A program made the translations under genes and the position numbers. The notes under the pieces were generated by a model. The model was not told the origin of the DNA. It saw only the letters and a program-made list of their open reading frames with translations, and made no database searches. Of a stretch of 64,000 nucleotides of DNA, positions 8,367-17,839 are shown one piece after another. This DNA is from Planctomycetota bacterium (GTDB lineage Bacteria; Planctomycetota; GCA-002687715; CAIWVZ01), in contig JBGANV010000001.1 of the NCBI GenBank assembly GCA_044222185.1, positions 1,312,001-1,376,000 of the forward strand, written 5' to 3'. Every line of letters starts with the position of its first letter. The stretch's first letter is position 1.

Positions 8367-10883
8367 ATGATGAGACGTCTTGCCTTCCTCGCCGCTTTTT
8401 CACTGAACCTCTCAGTTGCAGTTCTCGCGCAGGCAACGGTCGATGCGTCCGATCCAGGCGCACACGCACCGACGACGCCGAGCCCCGAATCCAAGCCCCC
8501 GCAGGGGCTGACCGCAAGCGATTGGTCCACCATCCAAGCCGCATACGAAACGGGGCAGTACAAGGTCTTCCCGACCGATGGCACCCACCGCGCGCGCAAT
8601 CCCGGTCAACGATGGAGCACGAGCTTCGACGGGCGTGGGACCACCACGACGCCCGATACGGGCAACTGGAGCTGGGGCTTGAGTCTCATGGCCTACGGCT
8701 GGCCCAAAGCTCAGCGGCAGGTCGCGCGGCCACTCGCTGTGTCGACCGTGGGCGCGCGCCTGGCCTACGATTGGGACGCGCGGCTCACCGAGTGGTACGT
8801 GAATGACCAGCGGGGCCTCGAGCACGGCTACACCGTGCACGAAAGAGCGCCGAATGCGAGTGGATGCCTGACACTCTCGCTGACCGTGCGCGGCGGTCTC
8901 CTCCCCGAGGTCTCGAAGGACGGTCACGACGTCAACTTTGTCGACGATACGGGCGGCGCTGTGCTTCGCTACGCGGGGCTGAAGGTGCTCGATCAGGACG
9001 GAAAGACGCTCGCGGCGACTTGGCAGGTACAGAACGGTGGATTGCTGCTCACGGTCGAAGAGCAAGGCGCACGCTATCCCCTGACGATCGATCCGATCGC
9101 GCAGCAGGCCTACCTCAAGGCTTCGAACTCAGGCGCCACCGACTACTTCGGCCAATCGGTCTCGGTCTCGGGCGACACGGTCGTCGTGGGGGCGTACCAA
9201 GAATCCAGCAACGCTACGGGCGTGAACGGCAACCAAAGCAACAACAGCGCGCCATACTCCGGTGCGGCCTACGTCTTCGTCCGCAATGGCACCAGCTGGA
9301 CCCAGCAGGCCTACCTCAAGGCCTCGAACACGGAGACAGTCGACCACTTCGGCTACGCCGTCTCGGTGTCCGGCGACACGATCGTCGTGGGGGCGTATTT
9401 CGAATCCAGCAACGCAACGGGCGTGAACGGCAACCAAAACAACAACAACGCGCATAACTCCGGTGCGGCCTACGTCTTCGTCCGCAACGGCACCACCTGG
9501 ACCCAGCAGGCCTATCTCAAGGCCTCGAACACAGGAATAGACGACTACTTCGGGTTTTCCGTCTCGGTTTCCGGGGACACGGTCGTCGTGGGGGCGTTGG
9601 GAGAAGGCAGCAACGCTACGGGCGTCAACGGCAACCAGAGCAACAACAGCGCTGGGAATTCCGGTGCGGCTTACGTCTTCGTCCGCAACGGCACCACATG
9701 GACCCAGCAGGCCTACCTCAAGGCCTCGAACACCGACTATTTCGACTTCTTCGCCTACACGGTCTCGGTCTCCGGCGACACGATCGTCGCGGGGGCGTTT
9801 CACGAATCCAGCAACGCTGTGGGCGTGAACGGCAACCAAAGCGACAACAGCGCGCCCGACGCCGGTGCGGCCTACGTTTTCGTCCGCAACGGCACCACCT
9901 GGAGCCAGCAGGCCTACCTTAAGGCATCGAACACCGACGCAGGCGACGCCTTCGGCTGGTCGGTATCGGTCTCCGGCGACACAGTCGTCGTGGGGGCGTC
10001 GGTAGAAGGCAGCAACGCTTCGGGCGTCAACGGCAACCAGAGCAACAACAGCGCACTGAGTTCGGGGGCGGCCTATGTCTTCGTCCGCAACGGCACCACA
10101 TGGACCCAGCAGGCCTACCTCAAGGCCTCGAACACCGACGCTGGCGACCACTTCGGCTACGCCGTCTCGGTGTCCGGCGACTGGGTCGTCGTGGGCGCGT
10201 ACTCCGAATCCAGCAACGCAACGGGCGTGAACGGTAACCAAAGCGACAATAGCGGGCTCCTTTCCGGTGCCGCTTATCTCTTTGTTCGGAACGGCACTAC
10301 CTGGAGCCAGCACGCCTACCTCAAGGCCTCGAACACAGACTATAGCGACCATTTCGGCGCCGCGGTCTCGGTCTCCGGCGACACGGTCGTCGTGGGGGCG
10401 CCGTGGGAGGGCAGCAACGCTACGGGCGTGAACGGCAACCAAAGCAACAACAGCGCGCCCTTCTCCGGTGCGGCCTACGTGTATCGGGTTCCACTCGCGA
10501 CAGCAACCGTGGTTGGCACAGGCTGTGGGAGCACGCCGCTGCCTCCAACTCTGGCGATCTCCGTTCCTGTGCTCGGGCAGACGATGACCCTATCGGTGAC
10601 GAATGCCGTGCCGTTGGCTTCCGGAATGCTGTATGTCGGCTTGCTGGCTTCGGTGCCTCTGGTGGTCGTGTCGGGGTGCGAGGCGTATCTGGACCTTGGG
10701 TCCGTCCAACCGCCCCTGCCCTTCGCGACGGACAGCCTTGGCTCCTGGAGCACAGTGGTGAGCCTTCCGCAGGATCCGGCCTTGGCCGGCCAGCCGTTCG
10801 CGTTGCAAGCGGTCGCGATCCCGAGCAGCTCTCCGATTGGCTTGGACTTGACCAATGCCGTTGGCTTGGTCTTTGGCTACTGA
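8367..10883 (+). CDS. Secreted FG-GAP/integrin-alpha-like seven-bladed propeller protein with C-terminal ~125 aa domain
   Basis: Signal peptide MMRRLAFLAAF; seven QQAYLKASN..D.FG..VSVSGD..VVGA..GAAYVF repeats. Confidence 0.9.
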   Translation: MMRRLAFLAAFSLNLSVAVLAQATVDASDPGAHAPTTPSPESKPPQGLTASDWSTIQAAYETGQYKVFPTDGTHRARNPGQRWSTSFDGRGTTTTPDTGNWSWGLSLMAYGWPKAQRQVARPLAVSTVGARLAYDWDARLTEWYVNDQRGLEHGYTVHERAPNASGCLTLSLTVRGGLLPEVSKDGHDVNFVDDTGGAVLRYAGLKVLDQDGKTLAATWQVQNGGLLLTVEEQGARYPLTIDPIAQQAYLKASNSGATDYFGQSVSVSGDTVVVGAYQESSNATGVNGNQSNNSAPYSGAAYVFVRNGTSWTQQAYLKASNTETVDHFGYAVSVSGDTIVVGAYFESSNATGVNGNQNNNNAHNSGAAYVFVRNGTTWTQQAYLKASNTGIDDYFGFSVSVSGDTVVVGALGEGSNATGVNGNQSNNSAGNSGAAYVFVRNGTTWTQQAYLKASNTDYFDFFAYTVSVSGDTIVAGAFHESSNAVGVNGNQSDNSAPDAGAAYVFVRNGTTWSQQAYLKASNTDAGDAFGWSVSVSGDTVVVGASVEGSNASGVNGNQSNNSALSSGAAYVFVRNGTTWTQQAYLKASNTDAGDHFGYAVSVSGDWVVVGAYSESSNATGVNGNQSDNSGLLSGAAYLFVRNGTTWSQHAYLKASNTDYSDHFGAAVSVSGDTVVVGAPWEGSNATGVNGNQSNNSAPFSGAAYVYRVPLATATVVGTGCGSTPLPPTLAISVPVLGQTMTLSVTNAVPLASGMLYVGLLASVPLVVVSGCEAYLDLGSVQPPLPFATDSLGSWSTVVSLPQDPALAGQPFALQAVAIPSSSPIGLDLTNAVGLVFGY
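9102..10482 (+). repeat. Seven tandem 201-bp (67 aa) intragenic repeats
   Basis: Units begin at 9102, 9303, 9504, 9705, 9906, 10107 and 10308 (CAGCAGGCCTACCTCAAGGC-like); last unit partial. Confidence 0.95.
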
Positions 10884-10973
10884 CGTTCAATCACGATTGA
10901 TGAGCAACTCGGTCCCAACTGGGAGGTGCCAACCGTACCCACACCTGAACCCACGAAACGTGCCGACAGGTCG

Positions 10974-11357
10974 GTACGCGTTAGGCGAACCAGCCCCTGC
11001 GCCTCGCACCTCAGGATTCGGTGGCGCGACTCGGGTCAGGCCCCTGCTGAAGCCGAAGTCGCCGCGGCGGCGGCCTGCCGCGCCAGCACGCGCTCGACGA
11101 TCGATTGCCGGTGAGCCAGGACCTCTGGCATCCACCGCTTCTTCCAGCCACGTGGTGTCCGAGTCGCGATGTCCGCACCCGTGCGGACTCGCAGGAGCAC
11201 GTCGCGCAGATACATCCTCGGGTCGATGCCGACTTCCCTGGCACTCATGACAAGCGTGAGCATCACCTGCGCCGTCGCACCGCCGACCTCGCTCCCGAGG
11301 AACGTCCAGTTCTTGCGCCCAACCGCGACCGCGCGCAGCGCTCGCTCGGCAGCGTCA
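10974..11357 (-). mobile_element. IS66-family remnant: C-terminus of TnpC transposase plus probable terminal inverted repeat
   Basis: Minus strand reads AAERALRAVAVGRKNWTFLGSEVGG...GIDPRMYLRDVL...TPRGW to a stop at 11036; GTACGCGTTAGGCGAACC at 10974-10991 resembles IS66 ends (GTAAGCG...). Confidence 0.85.
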
Positions 11358-11437
11358 TGCCGACTGCCTGGTTATGCCGCGCGAAGCAGCCGACGATAGG
11401 GAGACCGGTGGCGACTTGGCTTGCGCACGCGGCATAA
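11354..11437. mobile_element. Terminal recombinase-binding repeats of a RIT-type (recombinase-in-trio) element
   Basis: TCATGCCG (11355), TTATGCCG (11372) and inverted CGGCATAA (11430), directly after the stop of a tyrosine recombinase and abutting the broken IS66 ORF. Confidence 0.75.
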
Positions 11438-11765
11438 TCAAAGCGCAGAAAGGAACGCGAGAAGGGAGTCGTCCGGCGCGTAGCGAGCCGATGCCGCGGC
11501 GGACGTGGAGGCATGCGCGAGGGCCTTCTCCTTGATCTGCATGTCCGCGTGCAAGTAGGCGTGAGTCGTCTCGATGGACTCATGACCGAGCCACAAGGCG
11601 ATCACGGTGATGTCAACTCCTCGGCGGAGCAGATCCATGGCCGCGGCGTGCCGGAGAGTGTGGGGAGTCACGTTTCTTCCGGCCAAGGACGGGCAGCGTG
11701 GGACAGCAGCGGCCGCGTGTCTTCTCACGAGCCGTTGGAACGCGTCGGCGCTGAGTGGTCCGTCG
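11438..11765 (-). pseudogene. C-terminal fragment of a tyrosine recombinase (RIT third-gene type)
   Basis: VTPHTLRHAAAMDLL..GVDITVIALWLGHESIETTHAY...DDSLLAFLSAL; N-terminal two-thirds missing. Confidence 0.88.
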
Positions 11766-12157
11766 TCGATCGAAGACTCGTCGTCCGAACCTCCGAAGTA
11801 CGTCGCAGCCAGGAGCTGGCCCGTCGCGTCGTATCTCGCGATGTATGCGTCACCGGCGACCGTCGACGCGCTACGACCGCCCGCGGGGACTGTGTGAACG
11901 GTCCGCTGAAATGCCCAAGCGGTAACGGGTATTCCGCCAGCTTCGGTCCGCCCCGCCACGACGATCGATCCATCGGGTCGCGTTGCGATGGCGTCGAGCC
12001 GATCGCCCTTCGGTCCCGCGAGACGAGTCCCCCAGCCGCAGTCGAATCTTGCGTTCGGGTTGGGGCAAGGAGACGAAGGGAGCGTCTCTTGTGCTGATGC
12101 GAGGGCTCGCAGCGTCAGGCACACCGCCCACGAGAGCAGCACGCGGAGGTTCGTCAT
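11766..12157 (-). pseudogene. N-terminal fragment of a secreted SBBP-type beta-propeller protein, fused in frame to the recombinase fragment
   Basis: Signal peptide MTNLRVLLSWAVCL; WGTRLAGPKGD...IVVAGRT...AFQ...GDAYIARYDATGQLLAATYFGGSDDE is an SBBP-like repeat. Confidence 0.65.
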
Positions 12158-12344
12158 GCGTCGTTTCCCGAGAAAGACCCAGCGGCCGGGACGCGCATCA
12201 TAGACGGAAGTCCCGGCCGCGAAGCTCGAAGATACGACGGCGAGTTGGAAACCGCGAGATGCGGCGCGGGCGCGTCGCGTGTATCGCCTCTCGTCCGTTT
12301 GGGCAGGGCGGAGCCCTGCCGTCCGGCCAGGCGGAGTCTGGCGG

Positions 12345-12399
12345 AAAAAAAGCGGCGCCGCCGCGACCTGGGAGCGCGAGGGTCGATCGCGGCGGCGCC
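12345..12399 (-). terminator. Probable intrinsic terminator of the 12421-13602 gene
   Basis: 13-bp GC stem GGCGCCGCCGCGA/TCGCGGCGGCGCC followed on the minus strand by a T7 run. Confidence 0.65.
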
Positions 12400-12420
12400 T
12401 GACGAACGGAGAGACAGGGA

Positions 12421-13602
12421 TCAGAACATCAGCGAGTCGGTGTTGCTCGTGTCATAGGTGTGGGCCTGACCCGGGCCACCGCTCACCGAGACGGCCTGGT
12501 AGTAGACCGTCACGTTGCCAGGAAGATTCGCGCTCACCGGTACGACGTGCGAGAGCGACAGGGTCCCGCCGGCAGGGATCACGCCCAGCGGGTGGAGGAA
12601 ATGCGGCATGCCCAGGCACAGAGAGAGCGTGCTGCCGGGCAGTGAAGTGGAGCCGAGCTGGTGACTCTCGGCGAGAAAGATGTGCGCGCCCGCCGGTCCA
12701 GTGACCGCCGTCGTGATCGTGGCACCTGCGGTGACGGGCACGTCCGGCGTGATCGCCAGCACGAGCGCCCCCGGAGTGCAGGGCGGCGGAGGCGGAGCCG
12801 CGGCGAACGTCACGGTGACCGTGTTGCTCGTGTCGATCGTCGCACTCTGTTGAGCACCAACGCTCGTCACGGCCTGGAAGGTCCACGTCGCGCCCACGGC
12901 CACGTTCGGCGGCGTCGGAACGTTCGCCGTCTTCGTGCCGTTGGCATCGAGCGTGCCGAACGGAATGGCGTTGAACGGGCTGTTGAGGCAGATGACGGTT
13001 CCGCTCAGGGGACCAGGTCCGTTCAGTTGCGTGGCCCCGGCGGCCGCGCCGCGGAAGAGAGTGACATGGGCACCGGGCGCGCCGGTGACCGTGACCGACA
13101 CGGGCGTGCCGGCGGGCGGATTGCTCGGACTGACGGCGAGCTGCACCGCTCCCGGGTTGCACGTGGGAGGCGTCGGCGTCGTGAACGTGATCGACGCCAC
13201 GTTGCTCGTGTCGTTCACCGGCGCGCTTCCGCCTTGATGCGTCACGGCCTGGTAGTTCACCGTCTGCCCCGCAGCGCTGGCGAACGTCTGGTACTGAACC
13301 GTCTTCGTCCCCGACGCGGGGATCGGCCCCAACGACCACGAGAACATGGGTGCGGCGAGGCAGATCACGGTCCCGCCGAGAGGCCCGCCCGAAAGCGTCG
13401 TCTGCCCGAGGTTTGGACTGCGATACATCGTGACCCAGCTACCGGCTGTGCCAGTGACGCTGATCGTGATCGGTGTGCCGGGCGCCGGATTGGCGGGCGA
13501 CACCGAGAGGACGACCGACCCTTTCGGGCAGTTTTGCGAGAGGCCGGAGGCCGCGATCACCGCTACGATCGATAGGACGAACGAAAACCGAACGGAACTC
13601 AT
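12421..13602 (-). CDS. Secreted protein made of three tandem ~115 aa Cys-containing beta-rich domains
   Basis: Signal peptide MSSVRFSFVLSIVAVIAA; three C.PG...VSP..P..GT....VTG..G...CL..P...YQAV....DTSN units joined by Pro-rich linkers; GGAGA RBS. Confidence 0.85.
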   Translation of the reverse strand: MSSVRFSFVLSIVAVIAASGLSQNCPKGSVVLSVSPANPAPGTPITISVTGTAGSWVTMYRSPNLGQTTLSGGPLGGTVICLAAPMFSWSLGPIPASGTKTVQYQTFASAAGQTVNYQAVTHQGGSAPVNDTSNVASITFTTPTPPTCNPGAVQLAVSPSNPPAGTPVSVTVTGAPGAHVTLFRGAAAGATQLNGPGPLSGTVICLNSPFNAIPFGTLDANGTKTANVPTPPNVAVGATWTFQAVTSVGAQQSATIDTSNTVTVTFAAAPPPPPCTPGALVLAITPDVPVTAGATITTAVTGPAGAHIFLAESHQLGSTSLPGSTLSLCLGMPHFLHPLGVIPAGGTLSLSHVVPVSANLPGNVTVYYQAVSVSGGPGQAHTYDTSNTDSLMF

Positions 13603-13805
13603 GAATGTCTCCGAAAACCAACGTGTCCGGCAGGGGCGTGGTTGGTGATCGTTCCGATTCACTCCCTGACTCCGGCGGCGTGGAGGTTTCAGCAGTCTGC
13701 GGTGGCTTTTTTTCCACCGGGCTGCACGGCGGCGGAACTTGCCGCCACGGGGAGGGCTCCGTATGACCGAACGCCGCCGCCGACACGCAGGCGGCAACCC
13801 ACCTC

Positions 13806-14492
13806 ATGGCGCCGACAGACTCCACGTGCTGGACCATGGTGATGGCCGCCGCCGCGGGCGACACCCAGGCTCGCGCCACGTTCGCCGGGATCTACCTCGA
13901 CGTCGTCCGCGCGTACCTCGCCTCGCGCTGGCAGAACGGCCGCATGGCACCGAGCCTGGACGACGCGGTGCAGGAGGTCTTCCTCGAGTGCTTCCGTGCC
14001 GGAGGCGCACTCCACGGCGTCGATCGCGAAGGCAGCGGCGCGTTCCGGACGTTCCTCTACGGAGTCGTCCGGAACGTCGCGCGGCGAGTCGAGGAGCGCC
14101 TGCGCCGCAACCGCGAGATCTCGACGGATGCGGCGACCGCCACCTTCGAGGAGCCAACTGACGACAGCACGCCGTCCGCAGCGTTCGACCGTGCGTGGGC
14201 GCAGGCGCTCGTCGTTCGCGCGCGCGACAGGCAACGACGCGAGGCCGTCGAACCCGAGGCGCGGCGCCGCGTGGAGTTGCTCGATCTACGTTTCCGCGAT
14301 GGCTTGCCGATTCGGGACATCGCGAAGGCCTGGGAGTTGCCGGCGGAGCGGGTCCACGCCATGTACCGGCGTGCGCGGGAGGAGTTCAAAGCTTCGTTGC
14401 GCGCCGAGCTCTCCTTCCACGGCCCGGCCGACCCTCGATCCCTCGAGACCGAATGCGCCCGCATCCTCTCGCTCTTGGGCTCCGAGCGATGA
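13806..14492 (+). CDS. ECF sigma factor (kinase-associated type)
   Basis: TCWTMV N-terminal motif, DDAVQEVF, FRTFLYGVVRN, region 4 GLPIRDIA; ATGA overlap with kinase. Confidence 0.88.
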   Translation: MAPTDSTCWTMVMAAAAGDTQARATFAGIYLDVVRAYLASRWQNGRMAPSLDDAVQEVFLECFRAGGALHGVDREGSGAFRTFLYGVVRNVARRVEERLRRNREISTDAATATFEEPTDDSTPSAAFDRAWAQALVVRARDRQRREAVEPEARRRVELLDLRFRDGLPIRDIAKAWELPAERVHAMYRRAREEFKASLRAELSFHGPADPRSLETECARILSLLGSER

Positions 14493-17400
14493 CGGACTCC
14501 CCGCATGACCAGGACACCGTCGCCAGCGACGACTCGGACGCGCTGTGGGATCGCGCGATGGCGAACGCCTATCGCCCGGCAGACTCTCCCTCGACCGCGG
14601 ACCCGTTCGAGCGCCCGCTGACGGGCCGCTACCTGTTGCTCGCCGAGATCGCCCGTGGCGGCATGGGCGTCGTCCATCGCGCCCGTGACGAACGCCTCGG
14701 CCGCGAAGTCGCCGTGAAGGTGATGCGCGCCGACCGTTGCCACGACGGAGAACTCGTCGCTCGCTTCCTCCAGGAAGCGCAGATCGGCGGCCAACTCCAG
14801 CACCCGGGCATCGTGCCGATCCACGAAGTCGGCGTCGATGCGCAGAACCGCCCGTTCATCTCCATGGAACTCGTCCGAGGGCAGACGCTCGCGGCCCTTC
14901 TCGCCGAGCGGAAGGACCCCGCGGAAAACCGCGGTCGTTTCCTCGGGATCTACGAGCAGATCTGCCACACGCTCGCGTTCGCACACAGCCGTGGTGTGAT
15001 CCATCGCGACTTGAAGCCGTCGAACGTGATGGTCGGCACCTTCGGCGAGATCCGCGTAGTCGATTGGGGCTTCGCCAAGGTCCTGCGGACGCCAGCGTCG
15101 CCACCTCCCGTGCGTGCCGTGCCGTCTCCGCCGGTCGAGCGTCCCACGACGATCAGGACATCAGAGGACAGCTCGAAGTCCGTCTCCGGTGCCGTGCTCG
15201 GAACCCCCGCGTACATGCCGCCTGAACAGGCCCGCGGAGAGATCGACTCCCTCGACGAACGCGCGGACGTTTTCGCGTTGGGTGCGATCCTCTGCGAGAT
15301 CCTCACGGGCGCACCTCCGTTCGCGGCCACGCCGACGCAGGACGCCCTGACGGCAGCGAAGAACGCCGACCTCGCAGCCGCGGTCGCTCGCCTGACGACG
15401 TCCACCTCCGACACCGAGCTCTGCGCCCTGGCGATCCGCTGCATGAGCGCCGATCGCGCCGGACGTCCCGCCGACGCCGGCGAAGTGGCGCGAGCCATCA
15501 GCGTGCACCGCTCGCAGATGGATGAACGCACTCACCGCGCCGAGCTGTCGGCAGCGGAGGCTCGGGGCCGCGCGAACGAGGAACGTCGGGCCCGACGGCG
15601 CACCGTCGGAATGTCCATCTTCGTCATCACCTTGCTCCTCGCCGGGGGCGTCTTGTTCGCCTGGCAGGAGAATGAACGACGGCAGGAGACCGACGCCAAC
15701 GACGTCCGCCTCCGCGGCGTGCTCGGTGAGGCCGAGCGTCTGATCGCGGCCGAGGCCTTTGGACCTGCCGGCGAAGCCCTCGGTCGCGCGCGCGGTCTCA
15801 TGGCCGCCAACCCGGCGAGCGCTGCGGTCGGCGCCGAGTTAGCCGCGGCCACGGAGCACCTCGAATCCTCCGTCGAAGCGGCACGCGCGCGCGACCAGCG
15901 GCGCGAGCGCGACGCCAACATCCGCACTCGGCTCGAGCAGTTGCGTTCCGCGGGCGCCGACGAGTCCGAGGCAGCCCTACGAGTTTACGGAGAGCTGTTC
16001 CGGTCCTTGGAGATCGACCCCGGTTCCCAATCCCCCGAGGCCGCGGCGTCGATCGTCGAGCACACGAGCGAGCCCCTCCGGTCGAGCCTCATCTCCGCCA
16101 TGGACGATTGGGTCGCCCGCCTCAGGGACGAGACGGCGACGGACGCCACGACGACGGTCCGCCCCGACTCTCCACGTCCCCCGGGCGCTGGTCGTGAGGC
16201 CGGGCGGTCGCCGCCAGGTGCTCCGGGCGGTCACGGCCCCGGGGGGCGAGGACACGAGCCCGCGCCTGATTTCGGCCCCCCGCCAGGCGCGTCCTCGCGC
16301 CCCCGGCCCCGTGGAGGCCCCGGCGGCCCACCGAGAACCGGTGCGGTTCCGCGAACTGCCGAGCGCCTCTTGCGCATCCTCCAACTCGCCGACGCCGACC
16401 CGTGGCGAGCCACGCTTCGGGACGCCGTCATCCGAGACGACAGCGAGGCCCTCGTCGAACTCACGCGCGACCTCGATCCCACGGCCAAGGCACCGAGGAG
16501 CCTGGACCTGCTCGCCCTCGCCCTCTCCCGCGCCGGTGAGCGGTCGGCCGCGGTCGACGTGCTGCGTCGAGCCGTCCGCGTCCACGCCGGGGACCTGTGG
16601 CTGCACTACCATCTCGCCGCGTTCCTGATGGAGGGACCCATCAACGAAACGACGGACCTCGCCGAGGCGACGGATCACGCCTGGGTCACGGTCGCGCTCG
16701 ATCCGGGCGGCTCGTTTGCCCGCGACCAGCTCGGGCGGTTGCTGGCGATGTCCAGCCGGCGGGCCGAAGCCGTGGAGGTCCTGCGTCAGGGACTCCGACA
16801 CGCGCCCGGCGATCCCGTGCTTCGCGCGTCGCTCGTACGTGAGCTCCTCCTCGCCGACGACGTCCAGGCCGCGCTCGAGTCCGTCGGCATGCTGCCGCGC
16901 GAGACCACACGGCCTGATGGTGACGACGATCCTCTGCGAGGCGTCGTCCGCTCGGCCTTGCGGAGCCTTCCTGCGAAGGACCGTGCGCCGCGCGCGCGCC
17001 GGTGGCTCGCGGCCGGTGTGGAGGCGGCCCGGATCGAGCTCGCCCGGCTCAGCTTCATCCTCGGTCGCCACGATGACGTGGTGAGCGTGCGGGAGGAGGC
17101 CCTTTCCGCACAACCTCGCAACGGAGATCTGGACGTGATCGCTGCGGCGGCCCGCATCGCGCAGGGCCGATATGACGACGCCGAAGCCCTGGCCCTCCCC
17201 GCGCGCATCGTCGGTCACCCTGGCGCCGCACGTCGGGAGCAGGACGCTGCGTCGCTTCGGGCAGCCTGGGTCGCCATCGATCAGGGGAGCCCCGCGGACT
17301 CGGTCGAGGCCGTGCTCCTCCGCGCCCGCGCGCTCCAGCATCGCGGCAGGAACGACGAGGCTGCGGCCTGCCTCATGGCTGCGCTCGACGTCGACGCGCG

Positions 17401-17800
17401 CCTCTTCGAGTCGTTCGCACGGATCGATCGCGAAGCCCGCATGAGCAGCCCGCGAGCCCAGCCCGTCGAGTCCGGCTTGCGCGATGCCGTCGCCGCGCTC
17501 GCGCTCGCATCGGCGAATTCCACCACGACGACGCCCGCGTTCGATGACGTCTTCCGCGCCCGCGCCCGGACTCTGGCGATCGACGGCGTTCGTGCGGCGG
17601 CGCGCGCGCTCCGCGAGCGTGTCTTGAAGATCGACGAGGCCGAGGCCTGGGCTCTCGACCCGCGCCTCGATGCAGTCCGAGCCGACGGATCGTCGGCCTC
17701 CGTGTCCGCCCAGGATCGGGCCACCATGCAAGCCGCGTGGGACCCGATCATCCGCGTCGCGAACGGCGAGTCGAGCGAGTCGGCCCGACACCCCCGCTGA
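14489..17800 (+). CDS. Ser/Thr protein kinase with TM helix and TPR-like C-terminus
   Basis: IARGGMGVV, VAVK, HRDLKPSN, DWG, GTPAYMPPEQ, DVFALG; TM segment SIFVITLLLAGGVLFAW. Confidence 0.93.
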   Translation: MTDSPHDQDTVASDDSDALWDRAMANAYRPADSPSTADPFERPLTGRYLLLAEIARGGMGVVHRARDERLGREVAVKVMRADRCHDGELVARFLQEAQIGGQLQHPGIVPIHEVGVDAQNRPFISMELVRGQTLAALLAERKDPAENRGRFLGIYEQICHTLAFAHSRGVIHRDLKPSNVMVGTFGEIRVVDWGFAKVLRTPASPPPVRAVPSPPVERPTTIRTSEDSSKSVSGAVLGTPAYMPPEQARGEIDSLDERADVFALGAILCEILTGAPPFAATPTQDALTAAKNADLAAAVARLTTSTSDTELCALAIRCMSADRAGRPADAGEVARAISVHRSQMDERTHRAELSAAEARGRANEERRARRRTVGMSIFVITLLLAGGVLFAWQENERRQETDANDVRLRGVLGEAERLIAAEAFGPAGEALGRARGLMAANPASAAVGAELAAATEHLESSVEAARARDQRRERDANIRTRLEQLRSAGADESEAALRVYGELFRSLEIDPGSQSPEAAASIVEHTSEPLRSSLISAMDDWVARLRDETATDATTTVRPDSPRPPGAGREAGRSPPGAPGGHGPGGRGHEPAPDFGPPPGASSRPRPRGGPGGPPRTGAVPRTAERLLRILQLADADPWRATLRDAVIRDDSEALVELTRDLDPTAKAPRSLDLLALALSRAGERSAAVDVLRRAVRVHAGDLWLHYHLAAFLMEGPINETTDLAEATDHAWVTVALDPGGSFARDQLGRLLAMSSRRAEAVEVLRQGLRHAPGDPVLRASLVRELLLADDVQAALESVGMLPRETTRPDGDDDPLRGVVRSALRSLPAKDRAPRARRWLAAGVEAARIELARLSFILGRHDDVVSVREEALSAQPRNGDLDVIAAAARIAQGRYDDAEALALPARIVGHPGAARREQDAASLRAAWVAIDQGSPADSVEAVLLRARALQHRGRNDEAAACLMAALDVDARLFESFARIDREARMSSPRAQPVESGLRDAVAALALASANSTTTTPAFDDVFRARARTLAIDGVRAAARALRERVLKIDEAEAWALDPRLDAVRADGSSASVSAQDRATMQAAWDPIIRVANGESSESARHPR

Positions 17801-17839
17801 CCTGCGGCCGCGCAGGAACGCGGCCGCACGCGCAACGCC

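Noticed and set aside
9102-10482. Repeat array as CRISPR
   Set aside because: Units are 201 bp, in frame, and encode FG-GAP blades; no cas genes
12302-12320. GGCAGGGCGGAGCCCTGCC REP-like hairpin
   Set aside because: Only one copy noticed, so a repeat family cannot be claimed
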